From NCBI GenBank assembly GCA_963837175.1, contig CAWIMJ010000050.1, positions 1 through 64,000 on the forward strand: 64,000 nucleotides of DNA, in the 5' to 3' direction. Both the position numbers and the translations under genes were made by a program. The notes beneath the pieces are model-generated. The model ran no database searches. It had not been told where the DNA came from and saw only the letters and a list, made by a program, of their open reading frames with translations. The DNA comes from an uncultured Nitrososphaeraceae archaeon. Its GTDB lineage: Archaea; Thermoproteota; Nitrososphaeria; Nitrososphaerales; Nitrososphaeraceae. How positions within the stretch are numbered: position 1 is the stretch's first letter; each line of letters opens with the position of its first letter. Positions 35,501-45,415 of the stretch are shown piece by piece.

Positions 35501-37612
35501 ATGCAAGAGCATGGCAATCGTGGTAAGGTTGAATCTAAGACAAACAGGCTTAAGAATGAAAGTAGCCCGTATCTATTGCAACATGCTAATAATCCTGTTG
35601 ACTGGTATGCATGGGGGGAAGAGCCTTTTCAAAGAGCGAAGAAAGAAGACAAACCTATATTTCTTAGCATAGGATATAGTGCATGTCACTGGTGTCATGT
35701 GATGGCCCATGAATCCTTTGAAGACGATGAAATAGCGAAAATAATGAATGAAAATTTTATTAATATAAAAGTAGATAGAGAGGAAAGACCAGATATAGAT
35801 GATATATATCAAAAAGTTAGCCAAATTGCAGTAGGAACAGGCGGCTGGCCACTATCTATATTCTTGACACCCGACCAAAAGCCTTTCTATGTGGGGACAT
35901 ATTTTCCAAAATATAGCAGGTATGGTATGCCTGGTTTTGATACGATATTAAATCAGCTAGCCGAAGCATATAAATCGAAAAAACAGGAAATCCATACTAC
36001 AACTTCTGAATTTATGCATGCCTTATCACATAGCGCAAAAGATGTAGAGGAAAAAGAAGAAAATATCGAGCGATCAATATTAGATGAGGCAGCCATAGGT
36101 TTGTTGCAGATGGGAGACCCTATATATGGTGGGTTCGGCCAAGCACCAAAATTTCCAAATGCATCTAATCTTCTCTTTCTTCTTCATTACTATGATATTT
36201 CAGGAATAAGCCGATTCAAAGATTTTGTCATGTTTTCTGCAGATAAGATGGCCGCTGGTGGTATTCACGATCATCTTGGTGGAGGATTCGCTAGGTATTC
36301 AACTGATCAAAAGTGGCTTGTTCCTCATTTTGAAAAGATGCTTTATGATAATGCTTTATTGACGCAGCTCTATGCAGAACTCTATCAAGTCAGCGGTAAT
36401 ATAAAATACTTGAAAATAGTAGAAAAAATTTTGGAATATGTGATTGCAGAAATGACCTCTTCTGAAGGTGGGTTTTACTCCGCTCAAGATGCAGATTCTG
36501 AGGGCGAAGAAGGTAAATTTTATGTCTGGTCGAAAATGGAAATTGACAGCGTATTAGAAGATACGATTATTTCTGAAATCTTTTGTGAATATTATGGAAT
36601 TACAGAGGCTGGTAATTTCGAAGGGAAAAACATACTCAATATTAGAACCTCGTTAGACTCTTTGGGACAAAAATATCATATGACAACTGAGGCAATAGAA
36701 GGAATCCTCAGTGATGCCTCAAAGAAACTTTTTGAAGTTAGAAGTAAAAGAGTAAGGCCAGGGCAAGATGATAAGATACTGACTTCTTGGAATGGACTTA
36801 TGATATCAGCTTTTGCCAAAGGCTATAAGATTACTGGAAATAAAAGATATCTTGATGCTGCAATTAATGCAGTAAACTTCATTGAGTCTAAAATTGCAAA
36901 AAATGATGGTAGATTGCAAAGAACATTTAAGGATGGAATTTCAAAATTAAATGCATATCTTGATGATTATGCATTTTACGTCAATGCATTGTTGGATGTA
37001 TTTGAGATCTATTCACAACCGAAATATCTTCAAAAAGCAATGATTTATACCGACTTTATGATCCAGCACTTTTGGGATCCCAACGAAGGCAGCTTTTTCT
37101 TTACTTCAGATGATCATGAGCAGTTGATTGTCAGAACAAAGAGCTTTTACGATCTTGCTATACCAAGCGGTAATTCTATGGCTGCGTCAAACCTCCTTAG
37201 GCTATATCATTTCAATCAAAACAGCAACTACATAGATAAGGCGGAGCATATTATGCGAGCAGGAGCAAAAACTGCAGCAGAAAATCCGTTTGGATTTGGA
37301 CAGCTATTAATAGCAATGTATCTTTATATAAAGAAACCCGTTGAGGTAACTATTATAAGAAAAACTGAAAAGAGAGCGAGTTCTGAGATGGTAAATTGGT
37401 TAAATAAGCAATATATTCCAAATGGTATTATTGCTATCATTGACAACAAATCACAATTACAAGAGCTGCAAAACTATCCATTTTTCAAGGGAAGAAATTT
37501 AGAGCAGGAGAATCAAAAGGAATCTGAGTACGCGTTCGTTTGCAGAAATTTTTCCTGTTCTCTTCCTATACACTCGATACAGGAATTGGAAAGGCATATT
37601 AGAATGCCTTAA
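35501..37612 (+). CDS. Thioredoxin-domain protein, YyaL/SSP411 (DUF255) family
   Basis: [38 protein letters not shown] and [12 protein letters not shown] motifs. Confidence 0.95.
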   Translation: MQEHGNRGKVESKTNRLKNESSPYLLQHANNPVDWYAWGEEPFQRAKKEDKPIFLSIGYSACHWCHVMAHESFEDDEIAKIMNENFINIKVDREERPDIDDIYQKVSQIAVGTGGWPLSIFLTPDQKPFYVGTYFPKYSRYGMPGFDTILNQLAEAYKSKKQEIHTTTSEFMHALSHSAKDVEEKEENIERSILDEAAIGLLQMGDPIYGGFGQAPKFPNASNLLFLLHYYDISGISRFKDFVMFSADKMAAGGIHDHLGGGFARYSTDQKWLVPHFEKMLYDNALLTQLYAELYQVSGNIKYLKIVEKILEYVIAEMTSSEGGFYSAQDADSEGEEGKFYVWSKMEIDSVLEDTIISEIFCEYYGITEAGNFEGKNILNIRTSLDSLGQKYHMTTEAIEGILSDASKKLFEVRSKRVRPGQDDKILTSWNGLMISAFAKGYKITGNKRYLDAAINAVNFIESKIAKNDGRLQRTFKDGISKLNAYLDDYAFYVNALLDVFEIYSQPKYLQKAMIYTDFMIQHFWDPNEGSFFFTSDDHEQLIVRTKSFYDLAIPSGNSMAASNLLRLYHFNQNSNYIDKAEHIMRAGAKTAAENPFGFGQLLIAMYLYIKKPVEVTIIRKTEKRASSEMVNWLNKQYIPNGIIAIIDNKSQLQELQNYPFFKGRNLEQENQKESEYAFVCRNFSCSLPIHSIQELERHIRMP

Positions 37613-37708
37613 TTGCATTCAAATTTGGATTATCATTTGATTTTTTTATTTTTTTATTTATTTATTTATAGGTCCAATTCCCTCAGAGTGGCTAAAGAAC
37701 GATTTTGA

Positions 37709-38260
37709 TTATGTGAATGTACCGTCGGTCTCTAATATTTTTGCATAAACAAGTATTGCTGCAACAGTCTTAGCGTCTTGAAATTCTCCATTGATGCATT
37801 TTTTGATTGCAGAAGTATATCTCATGCGCTTAACTATAATGTTTTCATCGTCATCAAGATCTTGTGGTCTTTTCTTTATCTTTTTCAAATTTGTTGCAAC
37901 AAAAATATGCATTAATTCGGTGTCATATCCAGGTGCTAAGTACCATTTCATTACTGGAGATACCTTACCTGTGTACCCGATTTCTTCTCTCATTTCTCTT
38001 AAAGCTGCCTGCTCTGCTGTTTCATCCCTTTCTATCTTTCCTGCAGGTATTTCTAAAATGTTTTTTCCTACCGCATGTCGATACTGTGTTACAAAAAGTA
38101 TGTCTGTGTTATTAAGAACAGGAATAACCCCTATAGAGGGTAAATGTTCTACTATTTCTTTTTCAATTATCTTTGAATTTAACTTAAACTTGTCTAACCT
38201 GAGTGATATGTTCCCTGAATAAATTTTCTGACTCTTTATTAGTTTGACTTTACTCTTCAT
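37709..38260 (-). CDS. Nudix hydrolase (ADP-ribose pyrophosphatase-like)
   Basis: Nudix box GKIERDETAEQAALREMREEIG, plus QYR and DAKT motifs. Confidence 0.92.
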   Translation of the reverse strand: MKSKVKLIKSQKIYSGNISLRLDKFKLNSKIIEKEIVEHLPSIGVIPVLNNTDILFVTQYRHAVGKNILEIPAGKIERDETAEQAALREMREEIGYTGKVSPVMKWYLAPGYDTELMHIFVATNLKKIKKRPQDLDDDENIIVKRMRYTSAIKKCINGEFQDAKTVAAILVYAKILETDGTFT

Positions 38261-38749
38261 TTATTTTTTCAAATTTTCTTCATTTTTCTGAATGCTTAAA
38301 CTTATCGATAATAATAGTTTCCATATCCCAAAGTTATGAAGAGAGAACTGCGTTGTAATCTTAATTATGCTTATGACATACATTAGGTCTTGACACTTGT
38401 TATGTCATCTGGTAGTTGATTATTCATCAATCTGTTGGTTTAGGTATATCAAACATTGAGAGGTTTCTTACAAGATGTTTTGGAATTCATTTAAAAATAT
38501 GAAAACGTGATATTTAATAATCAGAGAACAATACTTTTAGTTTATGAATCTTTCAACTTTACTGTGACTAAACATCAAGCCGTTTAATTTTCTATTTAGG
38601 CATTATTTTTGAAATATTATATACTTAAATTAAGTATATGAAATTTCTATAATAGTATATGCATTATTTATGTTCTAATATCGGTGAATATATATAAAAC
38701 AGGCTTAAAATTACCAGGATTTATAATATGATATTGCCAAGACTATGCT

Positions 38750-39007
38750 ATGAGGACACAACCTCTTCTTTTCTTTTACAGAAAAAAACATGTTAACGAT
38801 CAGGACTTTACCTTGTTACAATATTTTTGGGCTAATACCGCTTTGGCAATATTAATTACTATGCCTATGGTGGGATTAATGTTATACTTTCATCTCAACT
38901 ATAATAATTTGCTTTCTGGAACGCTCATAGGCTTTTCAATTCATATAATAGTATTAGCATTCTCAAAACGGCTTTCATCAATGTTAATAAACCTTGTTTC
39001 TATCTAA
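38750..39007 (+). CDS. Small membrane protein with two transmembrane helices
   Basis: Two hydrophobic segments; ATG start. Confidence 0.55.
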   Translation: MRTQPLLFFYRKKHVNDQDFTLLQYFWANTALAILITMPMVGLMLYFHLNYNNLLSGTLIGFSIHIIVLAFSKRLSSMLINLVSI

Positions 39008-39319
39008 CACTTTTATTTTTATTCTTGTACTAATTTCTATTTTTGGTTCTGTTGAATCATCCGTTGTTTTATTCCGTTGTTGGGATTCAGTTGGTAACTC
39101 CTTATTCTTTGGTGCAGGAACTTTCTTCGGAACTAATATTCTTTTAGAATGTAGGAATAGCTGTTGATACGCTTGATATAATTTCTTTTGCTTCATCAAT
39201 ATTGTGTCTGCATGGAATCCACATTCATAGCAAAGATATGCTTCTAACCTAGGATAATCTTCATTTATTACTTGATACATTCTGATATTACAGAAAGGAC
39301 ATCTAACTCGCACTATCAA
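38984..39319 (-). CDS. Zinc-ribbon cargo protein whose frame runs out through the transposon left end
   Basis: CPFC...CYECG; the C-terminal LPTESQQRNKTTDDSTEP is encoded by the end repeats and the stop lies in host DNA. Confidence 0.65.
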   Translation of the reverse strand: MIVRVRCPFCNIRMYQVINEDYPRLEAYLCYECGFHADTILMKQKKLYQAYQQLFLHSKRILVPKKVPAPKNKELPTESQQRNKTTDDSTEPKIEISTRIKIKVLDRNKVY

Positions 39320-39725
39320 GTTTCTTTACTACCTCTTTAAGTACTGTCAAAATATCTAGTAAGAGAGTGTTAGTCGAATCTAAACGTGAATGCAATTCTG
39401 AAATTTCCTTTTCTAGTTGTGATTGTGTAATTGTTTCCTCAATTACATCTGTTACCCTCATTCTGGCAAGTCGACTGAATATTCTACTCTCAGTTTCATC
39501 TAATTTGTCATCACGTAACTTACCTGAGACATACTGCTCTATATCAGAAAGCAGATTTGAACGTTCATTTATGGCGAATTCTCCTAAATCTGATTCTAAG
39601 TCAGGTAGTTTTATGAACTTTATTGACCCATCTATTAATCCTCTTACGAATCTTCTAACTTCCTCATGTCTGAACTCGCTCGTAAAGACATCAAGATTAT
39701 CTTCCTCATTTACCATTTCTGTCAC
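39303..39725 (-). CDS. Hypothetical acidic, coiled-coil cargo protein
   Basis: 140-aa ORF overlapping both neighbours, operon-like. Confidence 0.7.
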   Translation of the reverse strand: MTEMVNEEDNLDVFTSEFRHEEVRRFVRGLIDGSIKFIKLPDLESDLGEFAINERSNLLSDIEQYVSGKLRDDKLDETESRIFSRLARMRVTDVIEETITQSQLEKEISELHSRLDSTNTLLLDILTVLKEVVKKLDSAS

Positions 39726-39882
39726 TCTTCAGCTTTCTCTCTGATTCTCTTTCTAACCATGCATCTATGGCTTGAATGATTGCATCAGTCAAAGCACCAC
39801 GCCTAGCACCCATACGTCTTCCAACTTCCATACGTAGTTTCTTTTCTTTATCATCAGGTAAGATAACATCTATTCTGCCCAT
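39706..39882 (-). CDS. Ribbon-helix-helix (CopG/Arc-like) regulator, 58 aa, missed by the ORF track
   Basis: MGRIDVILPDDKEKKLRMEVGRRMGARRGALTDAIIQAIDAWL fits the beta-alpha-alpha RHH pattern. Confidence 0.85.
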   Translation of the reverse strand: MGRIDVILPDDKEKKLRMEVGRRMGARRGALTDAIIQAIDAWLERESERKLKSDRNGK

Positions 39883-39890
39883 CTTTATCT

Positions 39891-39987
39891 ATGTGTATTA
39901 TACTCTTATGGTATTAATAAACATATACACATAATACACACAACCACAACACTTTAATATGAATGTGTATAATACACATATGTGTAT
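39891..39987. promoter_or_regulatory. Cluster of five ATGTGTAT/ATACACAT boxes in the divergent RHH-transposase promoter
   Basis: Copies at 39891, 39925 (reverse), 39963, 39972 (reverse) and 39980; 39963-39979 is a palindrome with a 1-bp spacer. Confidence 0.65.
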
Positions 39988-41144
39988 AACACACAGGACA
40001 AAGGGTATTCGGAAGCTTGGATGAAGAGAGGTATGGCTATCCTCGAAAGCAGCAGGATAACTGAACAAGAGGATGGTAGCTTTGCCGTTCCCTCTCAGAC
40101 GAGTACTAAGATAATCTATGAAGTTAAACTTATCGAAGTATATGGGTATGTTCATGTCCTGATTTCGAATATAGAGAGGTAGAATGTTGTAAGCATATTT
40201 ACTCTGTTAGATTCTGGATTGCTACTAATACCTATTTACAGAACAACAATCCCAAACCAAAAGTATTAGCTGATGATTCTATCCCGTGTGACAGATGTGG
40301 TTCTATCAGAGTTATCAAGTTTGGCCTTGATTGTGGTAAGCAAACCTACTACTGTAAAGACTGTCAACACAAGTTTAGACAACCATCATTGCTAAAGAAA
40401 GCAACGTTTAGTCCTGAATTGATAACTCTAACATTAGACCTATACTTTTCGGGATTATCACTTGGGAAAATAGCTAGGAATATTGGAGACCACTTTAACA
40501 TAGACATTAACTTCTCAACCATCTATGATTGGATCCAAAGATATATTCCAATCATATCTGAGTATGTAAACTCACTAACACCACAACTATCTGATACATG
40601 GCATGCTGACGAGATATTTGTAAAGATGCACGGTGGACTGACATACAAAGGCAAGACTAATCTAGCATTTCTATGGAATGTCATGGACAGGGATACAAGA
40701 TTTCTGTTAGCATCCAAAATATCTGAAGCTAGAGATATCAACGGTGCAGTAGCAATATTCAAAGAAGCTATAAAGAATGCTCATGGTAATGAACCTGAGA
40801 AAGTGTTAACAGATTCATGGAGAGCATACAGACAGGGAATAAGCGAGACATTCAAGAACATCAAACCTGAGCATGTAGCCAAATGCGGTATTGGTAAGCC
40901 GCATGCCAATAACAATAGAGTCGAAAGACTGAATGGAACTCTAAGAGAAAGAATCAAGGTGCAGAGAGCATGGAAGAAACACACTTCACCAATAGCAGAA
41001 GGACAGAGAATTCAGTATAATTTTGTCAAGCCTCACATGGCTTTAGAAGATGAGACACCTGCTAACAAAGCTGGAGTAGAAGTTAAAGGAAAGAATAAGT
41101 GGTTAGGCCTACTAAATTTATCTACAAAAAGGAACACAAAATAG
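39982..41144 (+). pseudogene. IS6-family transposase with N-terminal SWIM zinc finger and zinc ribbon; 1-bp deletion near 40138
   Basis: Joined frames give FAVPSQ...WVCSCPDFEYREVECCKHIY (SWIM), CDRCGS...CKDC (ribbon), GLSLGKIA HTH, and WHADE, TDSW, NNRVERLN (DDE). Confidence 0.88.
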
Positions 41145-41232
41145 GCTAATATCCTTTATATATCGATAAAACAATAGAATAGATTGAGGATTGATATGGG
41201 ATCCTCCAAAATCAAAAATAACCCAATGGAAA

Positions 41233-41375
41233 CAAAGCTAGCGGCTTGCAGCTTTGCTCGTGCTGTGTATATTATATAATATAATAATCCCTTCAATCCT
41301 TCTCCAAATGATTGCTCGTAGGTAAAAGTCGGGGAGTAAGCGGTGAACCGTCTACTACGGTGGATGGAGTCCTAA
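41233..41375 (-). ncRNA. Candidate structured RNA downstream of the RNase H-fold cargo gene
   Basis: GC-rich non-coding segment with an ACCGT-N5-ACGGT hairpin (about 41347-41361) and a CAAAGCT...AGCTTTG hairpin (41233-41256); the strand is uncertain. Confidence 0.3.
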
Positions 41376-41378
41376 TTA

Positions 41379-41842
41379 TTATAGAAGACGTAAGCAATTC
41401 ATTTCCTTTGTGATGTTTGGATTATGAGTAATTGTAATCTCGCGATGTCTTGCAGCTTGAGATATCTTATGTGCTTCTCTAACTTCTCTACTATATTTTA
41501 GAGGCAAAAACTGAATTATAGGTTTGGTTCTATCACTGCCTAGATTAAAGACACCAAAGAGGCGCTCCATATATCTTTGAATTTCGTCAGCTCGTCTACC
41601 TTGAAAGTCTTTATCAATCTGAATGATATCATGCGCCTTCAATAAAGTATTGGATGTTTTAAAAATAGAATGGCATAGAGTTTGTCTACCCAATTCCGTG
41701 TGATATTTCTGAACTGATTTTGATAATCCTGATTTATATATACTCCAGTATGTTTTAGTTAGTTTTGTCTTCTTACAGCAACTATCCATACATCGGGGTT
41801 TCTAAGAATCTGGCCGCTGGTATCTATAGCTACTATTGCCAA
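41379..41842 (-). pseudogene. RNase H-fold (DUF3800-like) cargo gene with a nonsense codon (41759-41761) and a 1-bp deletion (A-run 41661-41665)
   Basis: Reconstructed 154-aa protein MAIVAIDTSGQILRNPDVWIVAV...IIQIDKDFQG...REVREAHKISQAA, with a D-x-S-G first strand and a second acidic strand. Confidence 0.6.
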
Positions 41843-42282
41843 CCAACTATTTCGGTGAGCTGGTAGAATGTCTCACTAATTAGTGTTTAAATGCACCCCT
41901 TACCAACTGAATCCCAACAACGGAAATTCAACAACTGATTTAAACACCTGAAGAGTCAACAGAACCCTATTTATTATAGAGATAATAATATTTTATTAAT
42001 AATTACACGATAATACGGATTATTTGAATAATAATTGTAATTAATCTCTACTTATAATGATAGACTTTATTCTTATTGACTCAATATGCGCTATAGCACA
42101 TAGATTTTGAGATTTGCCAAATCTGGAAACTTTGCCTGCAATCAGCTTAAACACCACCAACCCACTTAGAATCCTATATGCCATTAAAGTTTATTGTGAA
42201 ATATGCCGAAATATAAATACTAAAGTTGTGTTTGTATTTCCATCATGGGATACAGTCCCAACTTACAGATAAGAAAAGAACC

Positions 42283-43540
42283 TTAAAATCCCGCTCTAAC
42301 TGGATCATCTGGCTTCATTAGTTCTCGCAATAAAGTTGTTGCATATGATCCCTTTGGAAGTTTAAAACATACTGTAAGCGATCCTCTAAATGTGAAGTCT
42401 TTAGACCACAGAGGCGCTTGTCTAAAACCTCCTTGAGCACTTAATTCTTGCATCTCTTTTATGTAAAATTCTCTTGGTGTTATGCCTTCCATACTCATTA
42501 TTTTTTCTGTAATTGTGTCAAATCTTCCTTTGCCTGGTTGAAATGTATATCCTATTAGACGAATTGCTGGAACTGTTTGTGAATTTGAATCCGAACTCGA
42601 ATTATATTTTCTTATTCTGCCAAAAATTGATGAATTCTCTATTTCAAAGCATAGATCGCCTTCCTTGCTCTTTAGTACATTTTCACCATTTAAAACTGCA
42701 ACGCTCAAGGATCTATTAAAAATATATGCCTGATAAGCCTGAACAAATAACCTTCGGATGTTAATTGGAATGGATCGCAATGCTCGCTATCGGTCCCTTG
42801 CCCTTTTCTAATACTGACATTACTTGGTATTCTATATCCATCCGTTTAGGAAGTTCTCTAATAATTTGAGAATAGTTCTTTGGATCACGGCTTTTATTCC
42901 TTATCTCAATGCTCAGAGTGGAATCATATTCAGTGGTAAAAGTTAACAGAAGTTCTACTGCTTTTTGAAAATTGCGTTTTACAATTTCTTTTCCGACTAG
43001 ATGAGTAACCATTCTTTCACTTCCGAATCTTTGCAATCCATAAAAATTTGCTATAGTTTGTATCTCTGGTAGAAATGAGGTAATGTCTGAAAGGATAGGA
43101 TTGTTAATGGTAATTGTAAATGCATTTCCAGATAGAGAAGATTTTCCTATTGGGGCTTTAGTAAAGCCTTTCAAAGTTAAACGCGTATGCGCTGTTGTTG
43201 CTTCGTTTATTATATTTTTTGTCTGCTCTGAGCTAGCGTATTGTTTTGTTATTGCTTTCGCATCTTTTAGACCAATAACTTTCAGTTTAATACCAAGCTT
43301 CCTTTTAATCTCAAAGATTGCATGGTTTGAATCAATATTTCTTTTGTCCAAAATGTATAGTGGATATTTATGATGCTCATCTTGGATGGATGATATGTTG
43401 GCTAGGAAAGATGTATCTATTATCTCCGAAACTCTAAACTCCTCGTTACTACGCTTTATAGAACCACGGATCCCTTTATAGTCAGTACAGTAGCATTCAA
43501 TGCCAGCAAGTTTGTCAATTTTTGGAACTTGGGTATTCAT
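42283..43540 (-). pseudogene. truD: tRNA pseudouridine(13) synthase TruD/Pus7 split by a +1 frameshift near 42786
   Basis: GLKDAKA, GNAF, NFYGLQRFG, LFVQAYQAYIFN and LPKGSYAT motifs; removing one base restores GPIAALRSIP. Confidence 0.9.
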
Positions 43541-43869
43541 TCATTTTAACATCTCGGGTATGTTAAAGAATCCGATAAAGAGTAATCGAATTTGTGTAAC
43601 ATAGGTATATCATAATCATGAATAAAAACAAACAACAAAATATAAATTTAAATCATAGTAACAGACAGATCTACTATACCATATTTTGCTGATATCATTC
43701 TTGTAGTGATCGTCACCGTCGTAATCCTTGTCAACTTGGATTGTTGTATTGTTGTTCTGTAGTAACGTATAAGTTTGCTGACACTTAAATTAGAGGATTA
43801 GACAAATTCTATTATAGTAGTCTGAATACTAGAAGAAAGGATTTATATCAATTCAAACCACATGAATGT

Positions 43870-44262
43870 ATGGGTTTAGGACAATATATGGCTAAAGAGT
43901 TTATGAAGGAATTGGGTAATAGATCCAAAGAATTCTATGAATTTATAGTGCCAGCCATAGACATGGTCGAAGATGGCAATGACCTAATGATTTTAATTGA
44001 TCTGCCAGGTTTTGCTAAGAAGGATATAAAGCTTAGGATAGTAGGAAATTTGTTGTCGATTAATGCAAGAAGAGAAACAGAAGAGAACATGGGCACTGTC
44101 TATTATAGACAAAGACCTACTGTGATAGAAAAGAAAATAATATTACCAATTTCATTGAGTGATGATGATGATGGAAAGGTAATTGGTACAGCCAAATATG
44201 TAGACGGCGTTGTAACACTGAGAATGCCAATTCCAATGTCAAGTAATATTCCAATAATATAA
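43870..44262 (+). CDS. Small heat-shock protein (Hsp20 family)
   Basis: IDLPGFAKKDI and AKYVDGVVTL alpha-crystallin motifs. Confidence 0.92.
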   Translation: MGLGQYMAKEFMKELGNRSKEFYEFIVPAIDMVEDGNDLMILIDLPGFAKKDIKLRIVGNLLSINARRETEENMGTVYYRQRPTVIEKKIILPISLSDDDDGKVIGTAKYVDGVVTLRMPIPMSSNIPII

Positions 44263-44578
44263 TAAGTAGGGTTTAACATAATAGATAGAAAATCGCCCTT
44301 GTTTGGATAAATGACCTAACTTCATTTTATCTCTCTGTGATCTCTCTCTTTTTCGCTCTTTGCTTTAGTTTATTAAAAATTTTGTATTCTTGTGTTTATG
44401 GCAGTGTCTTGAGTTGATAGCTAGGTATCAAAGACATTGTATTAGTTTCTGATCATTTAGTATAACAAAATATGATACTTGCGAGTTGGATGGTGGCAAA
44501 GTCTTGGATTTTTATGGACTGAATTAACAACGCATTTTAATAGGTGGATATCATATCACTTGATAAATAGTAATTGCA

Positions 44579-45013
44579 ATGTCAAATAAAGTGTTGGCAG
44601 GTAATAATGGTGGTTCATGTTTAGAAGTACCTCCACCTAACAAAAGGCGAATCCTGGTTGTAGATGATGAACCTGATATTGCTTCAATTTTCAAAATAAG
44701 CTTAGAATATAATGGATTTGAGGTTGACGCATACAATGATCCACTGTTGGCATTATCCAGCTTCAAAGCCGATTTCTATGGGCTTCTGCTTCTCGATATT
44801 AAAATGCCAGGAATGACTGGCTTTGAGTTGTATAAGGAAGTAATGAAGATAGACAATAAAGTCAAAGTCTGTTTTTTGACAGCATACGATCTTTCTTATG
44901 ATGAATTCAGACTACAATTACCTGCATTGAGCGTAAAATGTTTTCTAAGAAAACCAATCTTAATTCCTGATCTGGTAAAACGGATAGATTTAGAACTATC
45001 TCATAACAAATAA
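44579..45013 (+). CDS. Stand-alone response regulator receiver
   Basis: VVDDEPD, LLDIKMPGMTG, FLTA and KP motifs. Confidence 0.92.
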   Translation: MSNKVLAGNNGGSCLEVPPPNKRRILVVDDEPDIASIFKISLEYNGFEVDAYNDPLLALSSFKADFYGLLLLDIKMPGMTGFELYKEVMKIDNKVKVCFLTAYDLSYDEFRLQLPALSVKCFLRKPILIPDLVKRIDLELSHNK

Positions 45014-45415
45014 ATAATAAGATACACCCATTTCCATCTTTTATTGTATGGATACTGACGTCAATACATGCTGTTATGGTATGATCGCAAGTGGTAGAGC
45101 AAAATGGGCGCCTCTACGAAAGAAAACAAAGCGCTAATGAGAGAAACTAAAACTATGCTTACAGAGAATCTTCGTACCGCTATCGACAAGTCCATCAGAA
45201 GTTGAACAACTTATAAACAATATAAATGACAACCTAGATCGAGCAAAGCAGCTATTCAATGGCACATCATGTACAAAAAAGGCTTGATATGTGTTTGTAT
45301 TTAGTGGTTTTCCAGTTAATAATAATTATTGTGCGTCATTGTAATAAGGATAACAATACAAAATACTAGTTGGTTATCGAAATACAAATAAAGCCCTGTG
45401 AGTGTTTTACCCGTT

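Larger units (their letters stand above)
39045..41966. mobile_element. Cargo-carrying IS6-family transposon, 2922 bp
   Basis: Ends GGTTCTGTTGA (39045) and TCAACAGAACC (41966). Identical inverted 26-bp subterminal block at 39072-39097 and 41900-41925. Flanks CTATTTTT and CTATTTAT form an 8-bp target duplication with 7/8 match. Contains an IS6-type transposase. Confidence 0.9.

Noticed and set aside
40120-40150. Programmed -1 frameshift in the transposase
   Set aside because: No X-XXY-YYZ slippery sequence is present, and another cargo gene is also damaged, so decay or sequence error is more likely.
41379-41789. 136-aa ORF as given in the ORF track
   Set aside because: Its N-terminal part is an off-frame artefact; the real gene starts at TTG 41842 and is disrupted.
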